Shown piece after piece: positions 1-10,691 of a stretch of 64,000 bases of DNA (its first letter is position 1; every line of letters begins with the position of its first letter). The position numbers were made by a program, and so were the translations under genes. The stretch comes from an uncultured delta proteobacterium (lineage in GTDB: Bacteria; Desulfobacterota; WTBG01; CAIYCZ01): positions 1 through 64,000 of the forward strand of contig CAWDOY010000020.1 in assembly GCA_963803975.1 (NCBI GenBank), written 5' to 3'. A model generated the notes under the pieces. It saw only the letters and a list, made by a program, of their open reading frames with translations. It was not told where the DNA came from and searched no databases.

Positions 1-1497
1 AGCGCAGGGCCACCACAGCATAGCCCCATTTTTTGTGTTCCACAGCATTCTGTAGACAGGCGTGAGCTCATTGTTACGGAGGCTGGTGCGCACCGTCAAA
101 CGTAAAATTGGTCTGGGACTTCTGCTGATAGCCGAATGTTCTCTTGATTGACTGAATTTCGCCCAGGCGCCACTGTCCGATTATAGCCAAACGAGGTATC
201 AAGCACGCCATTTGCGCCGAGCCACTGCTGGTTCTGCAGCCAGTTCCAGCGGATAGGCACGTCATAGGTCACGCCAAAGTTCACGACGTCGCGCTTGGTG
301 GTGCCGGTTATCGGCTTGGAATAGGACGGGGTAGTGCCGCCGGGCTCTGCCGTGGATTCCGGCAGGCGCAGCTCATACATGAACTCACCGCGCAGCACGC
401 CTTTCAGTTTGGGCACATAGGTCTGCACGCTTGCCGCCAGCAGGTTATAAAACTTATATTCCCACCAGGTTTGATTCGGCAGGCGCGGTAAGTTTTTAGC
501 TCCGAACACTCTGCTCACCGCAAGGTTATTCAGGTATCCATTGATGTTGCTGGTATCCAAGTTAGTCGACGTAGGCTGCGCCGAGATATTCCCGCTTGGC
601 TACCGGGGTATTATTCATCGTGTGCAGCCAGCTTAAGGTCCAGTCCAGAAGATAGGGCGTCTTGAATATATTTACCTCTGAATTGCCGCGCACCCGCAGG
701 GCATATGATGAATTCTTCAGAGAAAGGGCAGGTTTTGACTTGCGCCACATATCTTCAAGTGCGCCATTTGCTGCATAGGGGCGCGGCCGCCTGTCTACAG
801 GGCCTTCCGGGCCGGGATTGGACCCCCAGTAAGTACCCTCTGTGGGAATGCGCACCGGCTCAAAATCACCCGGAATCCATATCCACTCAAAAATTAACTG
901 CCCCGGAAGCTGTGAATTATAAAATCCGCGCATCATCCAGAGGCCGAGTTTTATCTCATCCCACGGGTCAATGCCCGGGGTTGAATACCTGAGGTCAAGC
1001 TGGTTGACCTGGTCGATGGTGCGCACCAGTTCAACTTCGCTCCAGAAGATAATCTGCTTGCCGAGCCGGATATTCCACGGGCCCTTGTAGTAATCCACAT
1101 ACAGTTCGTTGATCCAGTCATCCTGGTCCCACACCGGATTCTGGTATCTCTTTCTGGCGCTGGGTGTAATGGAGCGGCGGTAGTTGCCGTCAAAATCAGG
1201 AACGGATTCGTGATACCACTGGAAAAAGCCGAAAATGTTTATCAGGCTGTCCGGACATTCCCGCGCTTTATACAGAAGCTCGAGAGTTCCCTTGGTTCGC
1301 AGGAGGCCGAAATTAGTGTTTGCGTAGTACCTGCCGGTAGTCTTGTCTATGTCGGTACCATAGATCATGAACTCATAAACACTGCCCTTGACCCGCAGCT
1401 TATCGCCCATAAGGTAAAAGGCAAAGCCCTTTTCCGGAAGCACGGACCCCGCTGCGATAAGAATAAAAATAACCCCGAAAAAAATCTTTTTCTTCAT
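1..1497 (-). CDS. DUF1302-like outer-membrane beta-barrel protein (frameshifted; ORFs 562-1497, 96-560, 74-265; runs off the window start)
   Basis: Signal peptide; motifs 'INELYVDY..GPWNIRLGKQIIFW' and 'EWIWIPGDF' resemble DUF1302 porins; lies next to an MMPL transporter as in DUF1302/DUF1329 clusters. Confidence 0.65.
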
Positions 1498-1588
1498 GGT
1501 AACCCCTCCCCTGGTAACGCTCCTTGTTTTAGTTTTAGTTTTCCCTTATCAGAGCACTTTTTTACAGGGATATAACTGCTCTTTATCT

Positions 1589-3938
1589 TCAAGCCCCTTT
1601 CCTTAGTTTTTCCAGAAAACGCGGCTTAATAATACAGATCAATGCAGGAACCAGCAGCAAGGCGCCAAACATATTGAGCGTTAGCAGAATCGCCAGCAGG
1701 ATGCCCATCTCAGCCTGAAACTTCAGGGGTGAAAACGCCCACAAAACAAGCCCGAGGGTAATAGTCGTTGCTATCTGAATAATTGACTTTCCGTTGGTGA
1801 TGAGCGCCTTGTATATTGCTTCGGTAAGCGTTTCACCTTTCTCTTTTTCCTCCACCAGCCGCCCGATAAAATAGATGCCGTAATCCACCCCCAGCCCGAT
1901 ACCGACCGATGCAACCGGAAAGGTATTGGTGGTAAGCCCGATGTGATAGGCCCCCATCAGGGCAAATGTTATAATATTTGATATGGCAAGCGGTATGGTA
2001 AGTATAAGCCCGGCAGTGATTGACTTGAACTCAAGCGCACAGAACAGCCACACCCCTCCCAGCGCAAGGATGAGATTCCATATCTGAGCATCTGCTATGG
2101 TTTCCCTGATAGCAGCCTGCACGCCGACCGCTCCGCCTGCCAGCACCCATTTCCCGCCCGGCGGCCCGGGGCTGTCCTTCAGGTACGCCTTGATATAATT
2201 CATGATGCTTTCCACCGTGGTCGGCATCTTGTCACGGCAGTAGATAATAATGTTTGAGTTCTGATCTTTCATGTCAATATACTGGTCCCAGGTTCCGGGC
2301 TCCCCGCTGTAGGTCATGTGCCGGCACAGGAAGCTGAGCACATTGTCTTCCTTGGGCAGATGGCACCACTGCGGGTCATCCTCATATGATGCCATCAGAA
2401 AATTGGGGAGGTTGCCGGCTATCGCGTAGGTAAACATGACGCGCTCATGCTTTGCCATATAGCGCTGGAACCGGTTCATCTCCTTCAGTGTCGAGGCCTT
2501 TGAAATAAAATTGCCCTGTTCTCCCTCAAGGATCACGTAGAGAGGATTTAAGAGCGGCATGCTGAAGGTGATGCGGAAGGCATCTTTGTTATAACGGTCA
2601 AAGGGCCAGAGAATGGACGAGCCAGGCATGAAATCGCCGATGATGATTTGATTTGCATAAAACCATCCTGCCACGCTCATGATGGTGCAGCAGACCAGGA
2701 TATACCATTTCCCCCGTTTGGGGATCCACGTCCCGAGCAAGGCCAGAAAGCGATCCCGATAATCTTTTTTCCCAGCTTAGCTCCGCATCCTTTCGTTTTT
2801 GTGCCTGCAGGGTGAACCGTTTTGTTTCAGGCAGATAGGACAGCACCAGGGGGGTAAACAGCATGGAAAGAATCACCGTGGCAATGGACCAGAAGGAACA
2901 GGCAATGGCAATTTTAATCAGCACGGGAATGGTGGCAATCGCAACCAGAGCGATACCCAGGGCATCCGTTACAATGCTGGTCAGCCCTGGTATGAACATG
3001 GTTTCAATAATGTTTTGTGAGGCCTGCTTGATATCGCCGGTTGCTTCATACTCCTCCATGTAGCGGCTCATGAACTGCATGGAGTGGCGGGCGGTCATCA
3101 GAGAGATGAGAAACGGCAGCACCAGCATCAGCGGATCAAGGTTGTATCCCATCAGCGACATAAAGCCCAGGCCCCAGATGGCGCTGGTGCCGGCGGACAT
3201 TATCGGCACAAACATGGCCCGCTTGGAGCGGTAATAAAAATAGAGCATAAGAACAATCGCCAGCACTGTTATGCCGAGTATCCCGAGAACCTTCTGGGTA
3301 TACTCCTTGATAACACCCAGGTGCATGGGCTCTCCGGCGATATTTATTATATGGTTTGCATCTTCTGTTTTATTGCGGATGTTGCTCAGTGCATTAAAGA
3401 TTACACTGTAATCAAGGCCCTCTTCAAAAAAGTCCACCATGATCAGGGTCTTCATGCTGTCATAGGAGACCATGCCGCCATAGTAGCGCGGATTGCTGTA
3501 AATATTATCCTTAAGCTCATCCATCTCCTTCTGATTCTTTGGCACATTGGGGAACATGAGCGGCGTGATGAGCATCGACCCCGATGAAAATTTAAAATTC
3601 TTCATCTTGCTTATTGCAATGGAGCGGATTTTATAGGGGTCAACACCCGGAATTTTTTCCAGTTCACGGGTGATCCATTTAACCTTTTCAAGAGTATCCT
3701 GGTTAAAAATATCACCTTTCCTGACCTGCACCATGATGAGCACCTGGTTGGCGCCGCCAAATATTTGGCGGATACTGTTGTGCACCTTGACATAGGGATG
3801 ACTTTGCGGCAGCAGGTCAACAAACGAGGTGTAGACCTTAAGTTTTGTCAGCTCATAGCAAAAAAAGACTGTTATAAGAAGAATCAGGGAGAGAAACAGT
3901 AACCTTCGTTGCATTACAAATTCAGCAAATCGTTTCAA
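1589..3938 (-). CDS. MMPL/RND family transporter (one gene split by a frameshift near 2740-2760)
   Basis: Two ORFs, each with a periplasmic domain and TM helices; 'GIGLGVDYGIY' MMPL motif; the halves add up to about 780 aa. Confidence 0.8.
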
Positions 3939-4020
3939 GCCGGATGCTCCTTTCCGTATGCGGGTCGGTAACTCTAATACCTCAGGCCCGGTGTGTTTTC
4001 TACTGTAGTGTTATCGCGTG

Positions 4021-4071
4021 AAAAACAAAAAAAGGCACTCCTTGAGCCGCACGGTCTCAGAGAGTACCCTT
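4021..4071 (-). terminator. Intrinsic terminator/attenuator hairpin in the MMPL leader
   Basis: Minus strand: AGGGTACTC-TCTGAGACCGTGCGGCTCAAG-GAGTGCCT followed by a T-run. Confidence 0.7.
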
Positions 4072-4073
4072 GA

Positions 4074-4106
4074 TTAGAACCAGTAATATACTTGTACCCT
4101 GTACAT
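4074..4106 (-). CDS. Putative leader peptide MYRVQVYYWF
   Basis: GGAGG SD 5 nt before the ATG; 5 of 10 codons aromatic; stop codon 3-5 nt from the terminator. Confidence 0.55.
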   Translation of the reverse strand: MYRVQVYYWF

Positions 4107-4194
4107 AGTCCCCTCCAGTATGGGGAATGACGAGGTTTGTTGTCGCATGACTGCAAAACGGCAAAACCATACTCTGCATAAAAGATTGTATACA

Positions 4195-4223
4195 CTTATA
4201 TTAATACGACCAAACAGAGTCAA
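4195..4223 (-). promoter_or_regulatory. sigma70-type promoter
   Basis: TTGACT-17 nt-TATAAG on the minus strand. Confidence 0.55.
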
Positions 4224-4358
4224 GCTAAAAAAACAGCTTCTCAAATAGAGCGCAGGTTGCTTTTGCTGTTCTAATAGTTAGATTATTAAATAGTTCAAAA
4301 CTTAAATATTATAATCTTTAGCATTATGCAAGCATTTTTTTGTGCCGGCTGTTTTATT

Positions 4359-4616
4359 TTAATCCGGGGTTCCTGAAGAAACAAGAAGTGCCCATGTATC
4401 ACATAGCTGGTTATACCGGAGAATATAAACAGCACCGTCATCTCCCTTTACCTTATAATAATCAAGAGGGGGCATCGACGAAGCAGAATGTCCCTCATAC
4501 CAGCGGTCAATAACTTCTGTTATGTGAACGATCCTGCCCCTGCAGGTAAAGTTCACGGGCCTTTCATTATGCTTGTATCCTGAATAACACGTAACTTCTA
4601 TCTCTTCAAGTTGCAT
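4359..4616 (-). CDS. Small conserved hypothetical protein (DUF6504-like)
   Basis: 'YSGYK..ERP..F..RG...EVIDRWY...DYYKV' pattern. Confidence 0.6.
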   Translation of the reverse strand: MQLEEIEVTCYSGYKHNERPVNFTCRGRIVHITEVIDRWYEGHSASSMPPLDYYKVKGDDGAVYILRYNQLCDTWALLVSSGTPD

Positions 4617-4714
4617 CAGAAAAATACTCTTGTCCTCAGTATTGTGTTGATTTGCTAAAATATAGTTTTGTTATAAAGGGGAGTGTGCTATCACGGCAGT
4701 CATGGGAGCACGCT

Positions 4715-5275
4715 ATGCCGGATAAAGAAAAATGGGACGAGAGATATAAGGACACGTCCTCAGAAAGCGGGCCAGCATCCCTGCTGCTGGATAATGCGCA
4801 TCTGCTCACCAACGGGAAAGCGCTTGATGTGGCCATGGGCCTTGGTAATAATGCGTTCTTTCTTGCTGCCCAGGGCTACGCGGTAACCGGAGTTGACATC
4901 TCACGTGTAGCAGTCACCCGGGCTGCGGAACACGCGAAGAAAAACGGGCTCACCATCCAGGCTCTCGAAGCAGATCTTGCAGAGTTTCCAATCGAGGATG
5001 AAAATTACGATCTCATAGTGAACTTTTATTTTTTAGACAGAACCCTTATCCCCAGGCTTAAAAAAGGCCTTAAAAAAAATGGCCTTATGTTTTTCGAGAC
5101 CTACACCACGGAGCAGCGTCAATTCGGCGGTCCTACCAACCTCGATTATCTTCTCAAACCTAATGAACTGTTATTGTCCTTTCTTGATTTTTTTATAATC
5201 TTTTATCACGAGCGAATCATACTGGAGAAAGAGCCGCGGGCAATTGCAAGCCTGATTGCGCAGAAAGTCAGCTGA
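4715..5275 (+). CDS. Class I SAM-dependent methyltransferase (TehB-like)
   Basis: 'KWDERY', 'ALDVAMGLGNNA', 'GVDIS' motifs; probable start MPDKEK. Confidence 0.8.
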   Translation: MPDKEKWDERYKDTSSESGPASLLLDNAHLLTNGKALDVAMGLGNNAFFLAAQGYAVTGVDISRVAVTRAAEHAKKNGLTIQALEADLAEFPIEDENYDLIVNFYFLDRTLIPRLKKGLKKNGLMFFETYTTEQRQFGGPTNLDYLLKPNELLLSFLDFFIIFYHERIILEKEPRAIASLIAQKVS

Positions 5276-5386
5276 CAGCGACCAGCTTTCAGCTGAACTC
5301 CTTTTAACCTCTTTACCTCTGTGCCTTCGTCACCTTACCTAGCCTTTGCCGGTTTACCTATTCACCTCTTCCACCTATTTACCTTT

Positions 5387-6904
5387 TCACGTTTCACTTT
5401 TTTCCCAATTCTCCAATAAATTTATTATCAGCCTGACACCAAAGCCGGTCGCGCCTTTGGGCAGGTATGGCCGGTCCTTGTCTGTCCACACCGGGCCGGC
5501 AATATCCAAATGCACCCAGGGCGTTTTTCCGGTAAATTCTTTTAAAAAGCAGCCCCCGGTAATTGCTCCTGCATCGCGGCCCGCCGCATTTTTAATATCA
5601 GCAATATCGCTTTTGAGGAGCTCACTATACTCTTCCCAGAGAGGCAGCTGCCAGACTTTCTCGCTGGTTGCTGCTGCCGCTTCCTTTATTTTAATTATTA
5701 ACTGCTCATCAGTTCCCATCACCCCTGCCACGTCATTGCCCAGCGCTGTAATACAGGCGCCGGTCAGGGTTGCCAGGTCAATAATCGCGTGCGGTTTATA
5801 GCGCTGCGCATAGGCGAGAGCATCTGCCAGAATCAAACGTCCCTCAGCATCGGTAGTTATTATTTCCACTGTTTTTCCGGACAGGGACGTTATGACATCA
5901 CCCGGCTTGAGGGCTGCACCATCGGGAAGGTTTTCCGTTGCCGGCACGATCCCGATGACGCGCAGCGGTATCTTGAGCTGAGCAGCAGCCTGCATAATCC
6001 CCAGGACTGCAGCCCCTCCGCTCATATCATCCTTCATACGCTCCATGCCGCGCGACGGCTTTAAGGAAATACCTCCGCTGTCAAAGGTGATGGCCTTGCC
6101 GACGAGGACAATGGTATCAGCATGTTGAGCTTTCGCCGGTACATACTCCAGCACTATAAACTGTGCCGGCTCTCTGCTGCCCTGGGCCACGCCCAGGAAG
6201 CAGCCCATGCCAAGCTTTTTTGCCTGAGACAGGCTCAGCACGGTGCAAACGAGCCCCGACGTTTTAGCAATTGTTTTTGCGGTGCGGGCCATAAATGCCG
6301 GCGTAGCGCTGTTTGCCGGGCGTGAAACCAGGTCACGGACAACCTGTACCGCGCGTGCAATGATCTCCGCTTTCCGCACTGCGTCTCTTGCGTCCTGAAG
6401 CTCGTGCGCGTTCTCTACCAGTATGGTGACTGCCTCGATAACGTTTTTCTTTTTCCCCTCGTGAGTGGTTTTAAATTCGTCAAAAGCATACAGCCCGAGC
6501 AGCACCCCTTCAGCCAATGCTCTTATGATGCCGGTTTGGGGCACCCCGGGTATCCGGGCAAACGTGGCGGGCATGAGCAGCTCGTGCAGGCCGAGATCGC
6601 GTACAGCGCGCGCACCCTGTGCCGCAGCCCCTCTTATTTTATCCAGGGTGCAGTCTTTCCGTTTTCCCAACCCGACCAGCATGATGCGTCGGGCTGCGAT
6701 CTCCCGGGGTTTATAGAGAAGAAACGAACGATACCGTTCTCCTTTAAAATCACCTGATTGCATAATTTCCTGAAGCAGGCCGGCGGATGCCCGGTCGACC
6801 GCACGGGCGGGTTCTTCAAGGCTGCGCTCCCCTTCATATATGCCCAGTATGATACATTCAGAGCTTGTCTGAGCTATGCCTCCCGGCCGCACCGTTATTT
6901 TCAT
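5387..6904 (-). CDS. pepA: Leucyl aminopeptidase (M17)
   Basis: 'VGKAITFDSGG', 'MKDDMSG', 'TDAEGRL', 'ATLTGA' motifs. Confidence 0.95.
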   Translation of the reverse strand: MKITVRPGGIAQTSSECIILGIYEGERSLEEPARAVDRASAGLLQEIMQSGDFKGERYRSFLLYKPREIAARRIMLVGLGKRKDCTLDKIRGAAAQGARAVRDLGLHELLMPATFARIPGVPQTGIIRALAEGVLLGLYAFDEFKTTHEGKKKNVIEAVTILVENAHELQDARDAVRKAEIIARAVQVVRDLVSRPANSATPAFMARTAKTIAKTSGLVCTVLSLSQAKKLGMGCFLGVAQGSREPAQFIVLEYVPAKAQHADTIVLVGKAITFDSGGISLKPSRGMERMKDDMSGGAAVLGIMQAAAQLKIPLRVIGIVPATENLPDGAALKPGDVITSLSGKTVEIITTDAEGRLILADALAYAQRYKPHAIIDLATLTGACITALGNDVAGVMGTDEQLIIKIKEAAAATSEKVWQLPLWEEYSELLKSDIADIKNAAGRDAGAITGGCFLKEFTGKTPWVHLDIAGPVWTDKDRPYLPKGATGFGVRLIINLLENWEKSET

Positions 6905-7198
6905 ACATCATCTCCTCCTTTTTATCCGCGTGATCAGACGCTGCTGCCGGCGCCGGTAACAAGCCCGGCACCCTGATCACGGTTAGTTCCGGTATGCTCT
7001 AACTATATAGGATTCACCCTGCAGCGCAAGTAATATTCACGCTGCTCGCTGTGCAAAAATAACTTTGACTAACCGTGCAATCTTTTATACATTGAAGCTC
7101 TCCACCTATCCCGTCCCGCAAGAACGGGGAAGCAGAACGAGGCTGGCACGGCATGAAAGCAGTTATGCAAAACATTCCACGCACCATCTTCCGGGATC

Positions 7199-8203
7199 AT
7201 GGCTGCATATAATAATACAGCAGGCATTATGTCATCACCTCTATTGGATATCAAAAACCTCAAAACATATTTCTTTGTACGGGCAGGGGTCGCAAAGGCG
7301 GTAGATGGCGTTGATCTAACCATCCGCACGGGTGAAACCCTTGCCCTGGTGGGAGAGTCAGGGTGCGGCAAAAGCGTTACTGCCTATTCTATTCTGCGCT
7401 TGATTCCCTCCCCGCCGGGAAAAATCGTTGCCGGAGAAATTTTCTTTGAAGGTGAAAATCTTCTCCTGCTGCCGGAGCATGAGCTGCGGAAAATAAGAGG
7501 TAATAAAATTTCCATGGTCTTTCAGGATCCGCTCACCTCTCTCAATCCGGCGTTCAGGATCGGCACCCAGGTTGCAGAAGTTCTTCAGGTGCACCGTAAC
7601 CTGCGCAAACAAGAGGCCCTGGAATATTCGGTAAAACTGCTGAAAGACGTGGGCATCCCCGCACCAGAGCAGCGGATCAGGGACTACCCCCATCAGCTGA
7701 GCGGCGGCATGCGGCAGCGGGTCATGATCGCGATGGCGCTGGCGTGCGAACCGCAGCTCATCATTGCCGATGAGCCTACCACGGCGCTTGATGTAACGGT
7801 CCAGGCCCAGATACTGGAACTGCTCCACAATCTCAAAGAGTCACGGGGTATGGCACTGCTGCTCATTACCCATGACCTTGGCGTTGTTGCTGAAACAGCG
7901 CAGCAGGTAGCGGTTATGTACGCTGGAAAAATTATGGAATGTGCAGATGTGGCGACTCTTTTTCAAACTCCTCTAAACCCGTATACCCAGGGGCTCCTGG
8001 CATCACTGCCCCGCTCAGGAGAAAAGCGGCTCACCCCGATCAAAGGCATGGTGCCGCCTATTTTTGATCTTCCTTCCGGCTGCAGGTTCAACACGCGCTG
8101 CCCCTATGTATTTGACCGCTGTCTGAGGGAGGAACCCTGCTTACGGGCGGTCAACAGCCCCACAGACAAAAACCATTTCGTACGATGCTGGCTGCATCAA
8201 TAG
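7199..8203 (+). CDS. Oligo/dipeptide ABC transporter ATP-binding protein (OppD/DppD type)
   Basis: [24 protein letters not shown], Cys-rich C-terminal oligopeptide-ABC domain. Confidence 0.92.
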   Translation: MAAYNNTAGIMSSPLLDIKNLKTYFFVRAGVAKAVDGVDLTIRTGETLALVGESGCGKSVTAYSILRLIPSPPGKIVAGEIFFEGENLLLLPEHELRKIRGNKISMVFQDPLTSLNPAFRIGTQVAEVLQVHRNLRKQEALEYSVKLLKDVGIPAPEQRIRDYPHQLSGGMRQRVMIAMALACEPQLIIADEPTTALDVTVQAQILELLHNLKESRGMALLLITHDLGVVAETAQQVAVMYAGKIMECADVATLFQTPLNPYTQGLLASLPRSGEKRLTPIKGMVPPIFDLPSGCRFNTRCPYVFDRCLREEPCLRAVNSPTDKNHFVRCWLHQ

Positions 8204-8221
8204 GCACAGGGACCGAGTACC

Positions 8222-9193
8222 ATGGAGCAGACACCTCTTCTCGACATCATCCATCTCAAAAAAACATTCCCTGTCTCTGCCGGTCTTTTCTCTAAAACCC
8301 CGCTGCTGTTAAAAGCAGTTGATGATGTGAGCTTTTCTCTCAATAAAGGCCTGACGTGCGGGCTGGTGGGGGAAAGCGGCTGCGGCAAAACAACGCTTGC
8401 CCGGCTCATCCTCAACCTGGAAGTGCCTGATTCCGGCCAGGTCATATTTAATGGTCAGAACATATACGCTCTCAAGGCAGGTGAGCTGAAGAATTTCAGA
8501 AAACAGGTTCAGGTAATTTTTCAGGACCCCTATTCTTCTCTGAATCCCCGGAAAAAGGTGGGAAGTATTATTGCCGAACCGCTGCGTATTCACCATCTGC
8601 TTCCTGAAAGCCGGATACCGGAACGGGTACAGGAGCTCATGGACCTGGTTGGACTGCAGCAGGACCAGCTTAATCGCTATCCCCATGAGTTCAGCAGCGG
8701 ACAGCGACAGCGCATCGGCATAGCCCGCGCCTTAAGTCTCAATCCGCAGGTCATTATTGCTGATGAACCGGTTTCCGCCCTGGACGTATCCATCCAGGCC
8801 CAGATTATCAACCTGCTGCAGGATTTACAGAACCGGATGAATCTTACCTTTCTCTTCATATCCCATGACCTGCGCGTGGTGCGCTATATCAGTCATAACG
8901 TAATGGTTATGTATCTGGGGAAAATTGTTGAGACCGCACCCAGCGAAGAACTGTACCATGCTCCACACCATCCCTACACTGAGGCGCTCCTCTCTGCCGC
9001 CCCGGTACCGGATCCTGCCGTGAGCAAACAGAGAATCATTCTAACGGGAGACCCCCCCAGTCCCCTTCACCCCCCCACCGGCTGCATATTCTCGAGCCGC
9101 TGTCCGATCATGAAACCAGACACCTGCCTTGAGAAGCACCCTCCCCTGGAAGAAAAAAGTCCCCATCACTTTGCAGCCTGTTACCTCCGATAG
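8222..9193 (+). CDS. Oligo/dipeptide ABC transporter ATP-binding protein (OppF/DppF type)
   Basis: GESGCGKT, FSSGQRQR, DEPVSALD, HPYTEALL. Confidence 0.92.
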   Translation: MEQTPLLDIIHLKKTFPVSAGLFSKTPLLLKAVDDVSFSLNKGLTCGLVGESGCGKTTLARLILNLEVPDSGQVIFNGQNIYALKAGELKNFRKQVQVIFQDPYSSLNPRKKVGSIIAEPLRIHHLLPESRIPERVQELMDLVGLQQDQLNRYPHEFSSGQRQRIGIARALSLNPQVIIADEPVSALDVSIQAQIINLLQDLQNRMNLTFLFISHDLRVVRYISHNVMVMYLGKIVETAPSEELYHAPHHPYTEALLSAAPVPDPAVSKQRIILTGDPPSPLHPPTGCIFSSRCPIMKPDTCLEKHPPLEEKSPHHFAACYLR

Positions 9194-9314
9194 TATAATT
9201 ATTGTAAATTTTGTTAAGTTTCCCTTTTTTATGTCCGATATTCTCATCGTAATCAAATTGATGCCATGATTGCTATTTAGTTATAGCAAATTTATCAGCA
9301 AGGAGAGAGGCATT

Positions 9315-9527
9315 ATGATGGATGAAATACTTGACATACGACAGGCTGCAGAATATCTCCAGATTAAGGAAAGAACCGTGTACCGTCTGGTTGGAGAAGG
9401 AGCAATACCGGGTATTAAGGTAGGCGGTCAGTGGCGGTTCAGCAAGAAATGTCTTGAGGAGATGTTTTTAAAAGTGACGGGCAAACAGCCAAAAATAAAG
9501 GAGCATGAAGCAGCTGTTGCCGAGTAA
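9315..9527 (+). CDS. Excisionase-like HTH_17 DNA-binding protein
   Basis: 'QAAEYLQIKERTVYRLV..G.IPGIKVGGQWRF'; GGAG SD upstream. Confidence 0.8.
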   Translation: MMDEILDIRQAAEYLQIKERTVYRLVGEGAIPGIKVGGQWRFSKKCLEEMFLKVTGKQPKIKEHEAAVAE

Positions 9528-9560
9528 GGGCAAAAGCAAAAATGAGCATCTAAAATCCTC

Positions 9561-9589
9561 TTGACTTCACTTCCATTCACCCCTATAGT
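9561..9589 (+). promoter_or_regulatory. sigma70-type promoter
   Basis: TTGACT-17 nt-TATAGT. Confidence 0.6.
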
Positions 9590-9669
9590 TTTTTCCCGTC
9601 TGTATGGCACATTCCAGTAACTGCTGAGCATTTATAAAGCACCTATACCTGTCATTATATCTGGCGAGG

Positions 9670-9703
9670 CCCTGCAATCGTAGATGCAGGGTTTTGTTTT
9701 TTT
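9670..9703 (+). terminator. Intrinsic terminator-like hairpin upstream of the RluA-family gene
   Basis: CCCTGCA-ATCGTAGA-TGCAGGG followed by TTTTGTTTTTTT. Confidence 0.6.
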
Positions 9704-9720
9704 ATCGCTGAGGAATATCC

Positions 9721-10680
9721 GTGACGCTTGATAGTACTAATCAGTCCTCGCCTGAGAAGTTTCATATTACGGTTACTGCTGACAGCGCCTCGCTGCGGCT
9801 TGACCAGGCTATCTCCCGCCATATAGCAGGGATGAGCCGTGAAACCGCGCGCAAGTATATACATATTGGCGGCGTCTGGGTAAATGGTAAACGGGTCCAG
9901 ATTCTATCGCGGAAGGTCTCGCCGGGAGATGAAATAGTTCTCCACATCAGCCGTGCCGGATGCAGGAAATATTATGAAATAAATCCGCGCCACATCCTGT
10001 ATAAAGACGCAGCGCTGCTCTTTTACCGGAAGGAGCCGGGCATTCCAACCCAGCCGGTCCCCAGCGACAGCTACAACAATCTCTATGCAGCACTGCTGAG
10101 ATACCTGAAAGCCAAAGACGGGACATCCTACCTTGGGCTGCATCATCGCCTGGATATGGAAACATCAGGCGTTATCCTGTTTACGCTGTCAAAAACAATA
10201 AACAAAAATATTCATGAACAATTCCGCAAGCATCTGATAAAAAAATCCTACCTGGCACTGGTTTCCGGAACAACGGCGTTTCATGGAGAAACAGTCACTA
10301 CCTTCATCAGCAGGCAGAGCGGGAGATATGTCTGCACGCTCAACGGACCGGGTAAAATTGCCATCACCCGGTTCACAACACTGGAACAGCATGGGGATAT
10401 CAGTGTTGTACGGGCGGAACCGCAGACCGGGAGAACCCACCAGCTCAGGCTTCAGCTTGCCTTCCGGGGACATCCAATCCTTGGTGACCCGCTGTATGGG
10501 GCCGGTCCTGCAGAACATATTCACCGGACCATGCTCCATGCAGAAGCGCTGTCCATCATCCACCCGGCCCGTAAAGAAGAGCTCTGCATAAAAGCAGAGC
10601 TCTTTGAGGATATGGCGCGCATCATGAGTAAGCCGGCAGAGCAGTGCGGCGACCTTGCAAAAACAATTGGTTCCGGTTAA
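9721..10680 (+). CDS. RluA/RluD family pseudouridine synthase with S4 domain
   Basis: 'RLDQAI' S4 start, catalytic 'HRLDMETSG', 'TGRTHQLR', 'GHPILGDPLY'. Confidence 0.9.
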   Translation: MTLDSTNQSSPEKFHITVTADSASLRLDQAISRHIAGMSRETARKYIHIGGVWVNGKRVQILSRKVSPGDEIVLHISRAGCRKYYEINPRHILYKDAALLFYRKEPGIPTQPVPSDSYNNLYAALLRYLKAKDGTSYLGLHHRLDMETSGVILFTLSKTINKNIHEQFRKHLIKKSYLALVSGTTAFHGETVTTFISRQSGRYVCTLNGPGKIAITRFTTLEQHGDISVVRAEPQTGRTHQLRLQLAFRGHPILGDPLYGAGPAEHIHRTMLHAEALSIIHPARKEELCIKAELFEDMARIMSKPAEQCGDLAKTIGSG

Positions 10681-10691
10681 AGTATACGAGC

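Noticed and set aside
9258..9275. Possible sigma54 promoter before the HTH_17 gene
   Set aside because: It has GA rather than the invariant GG at -24.
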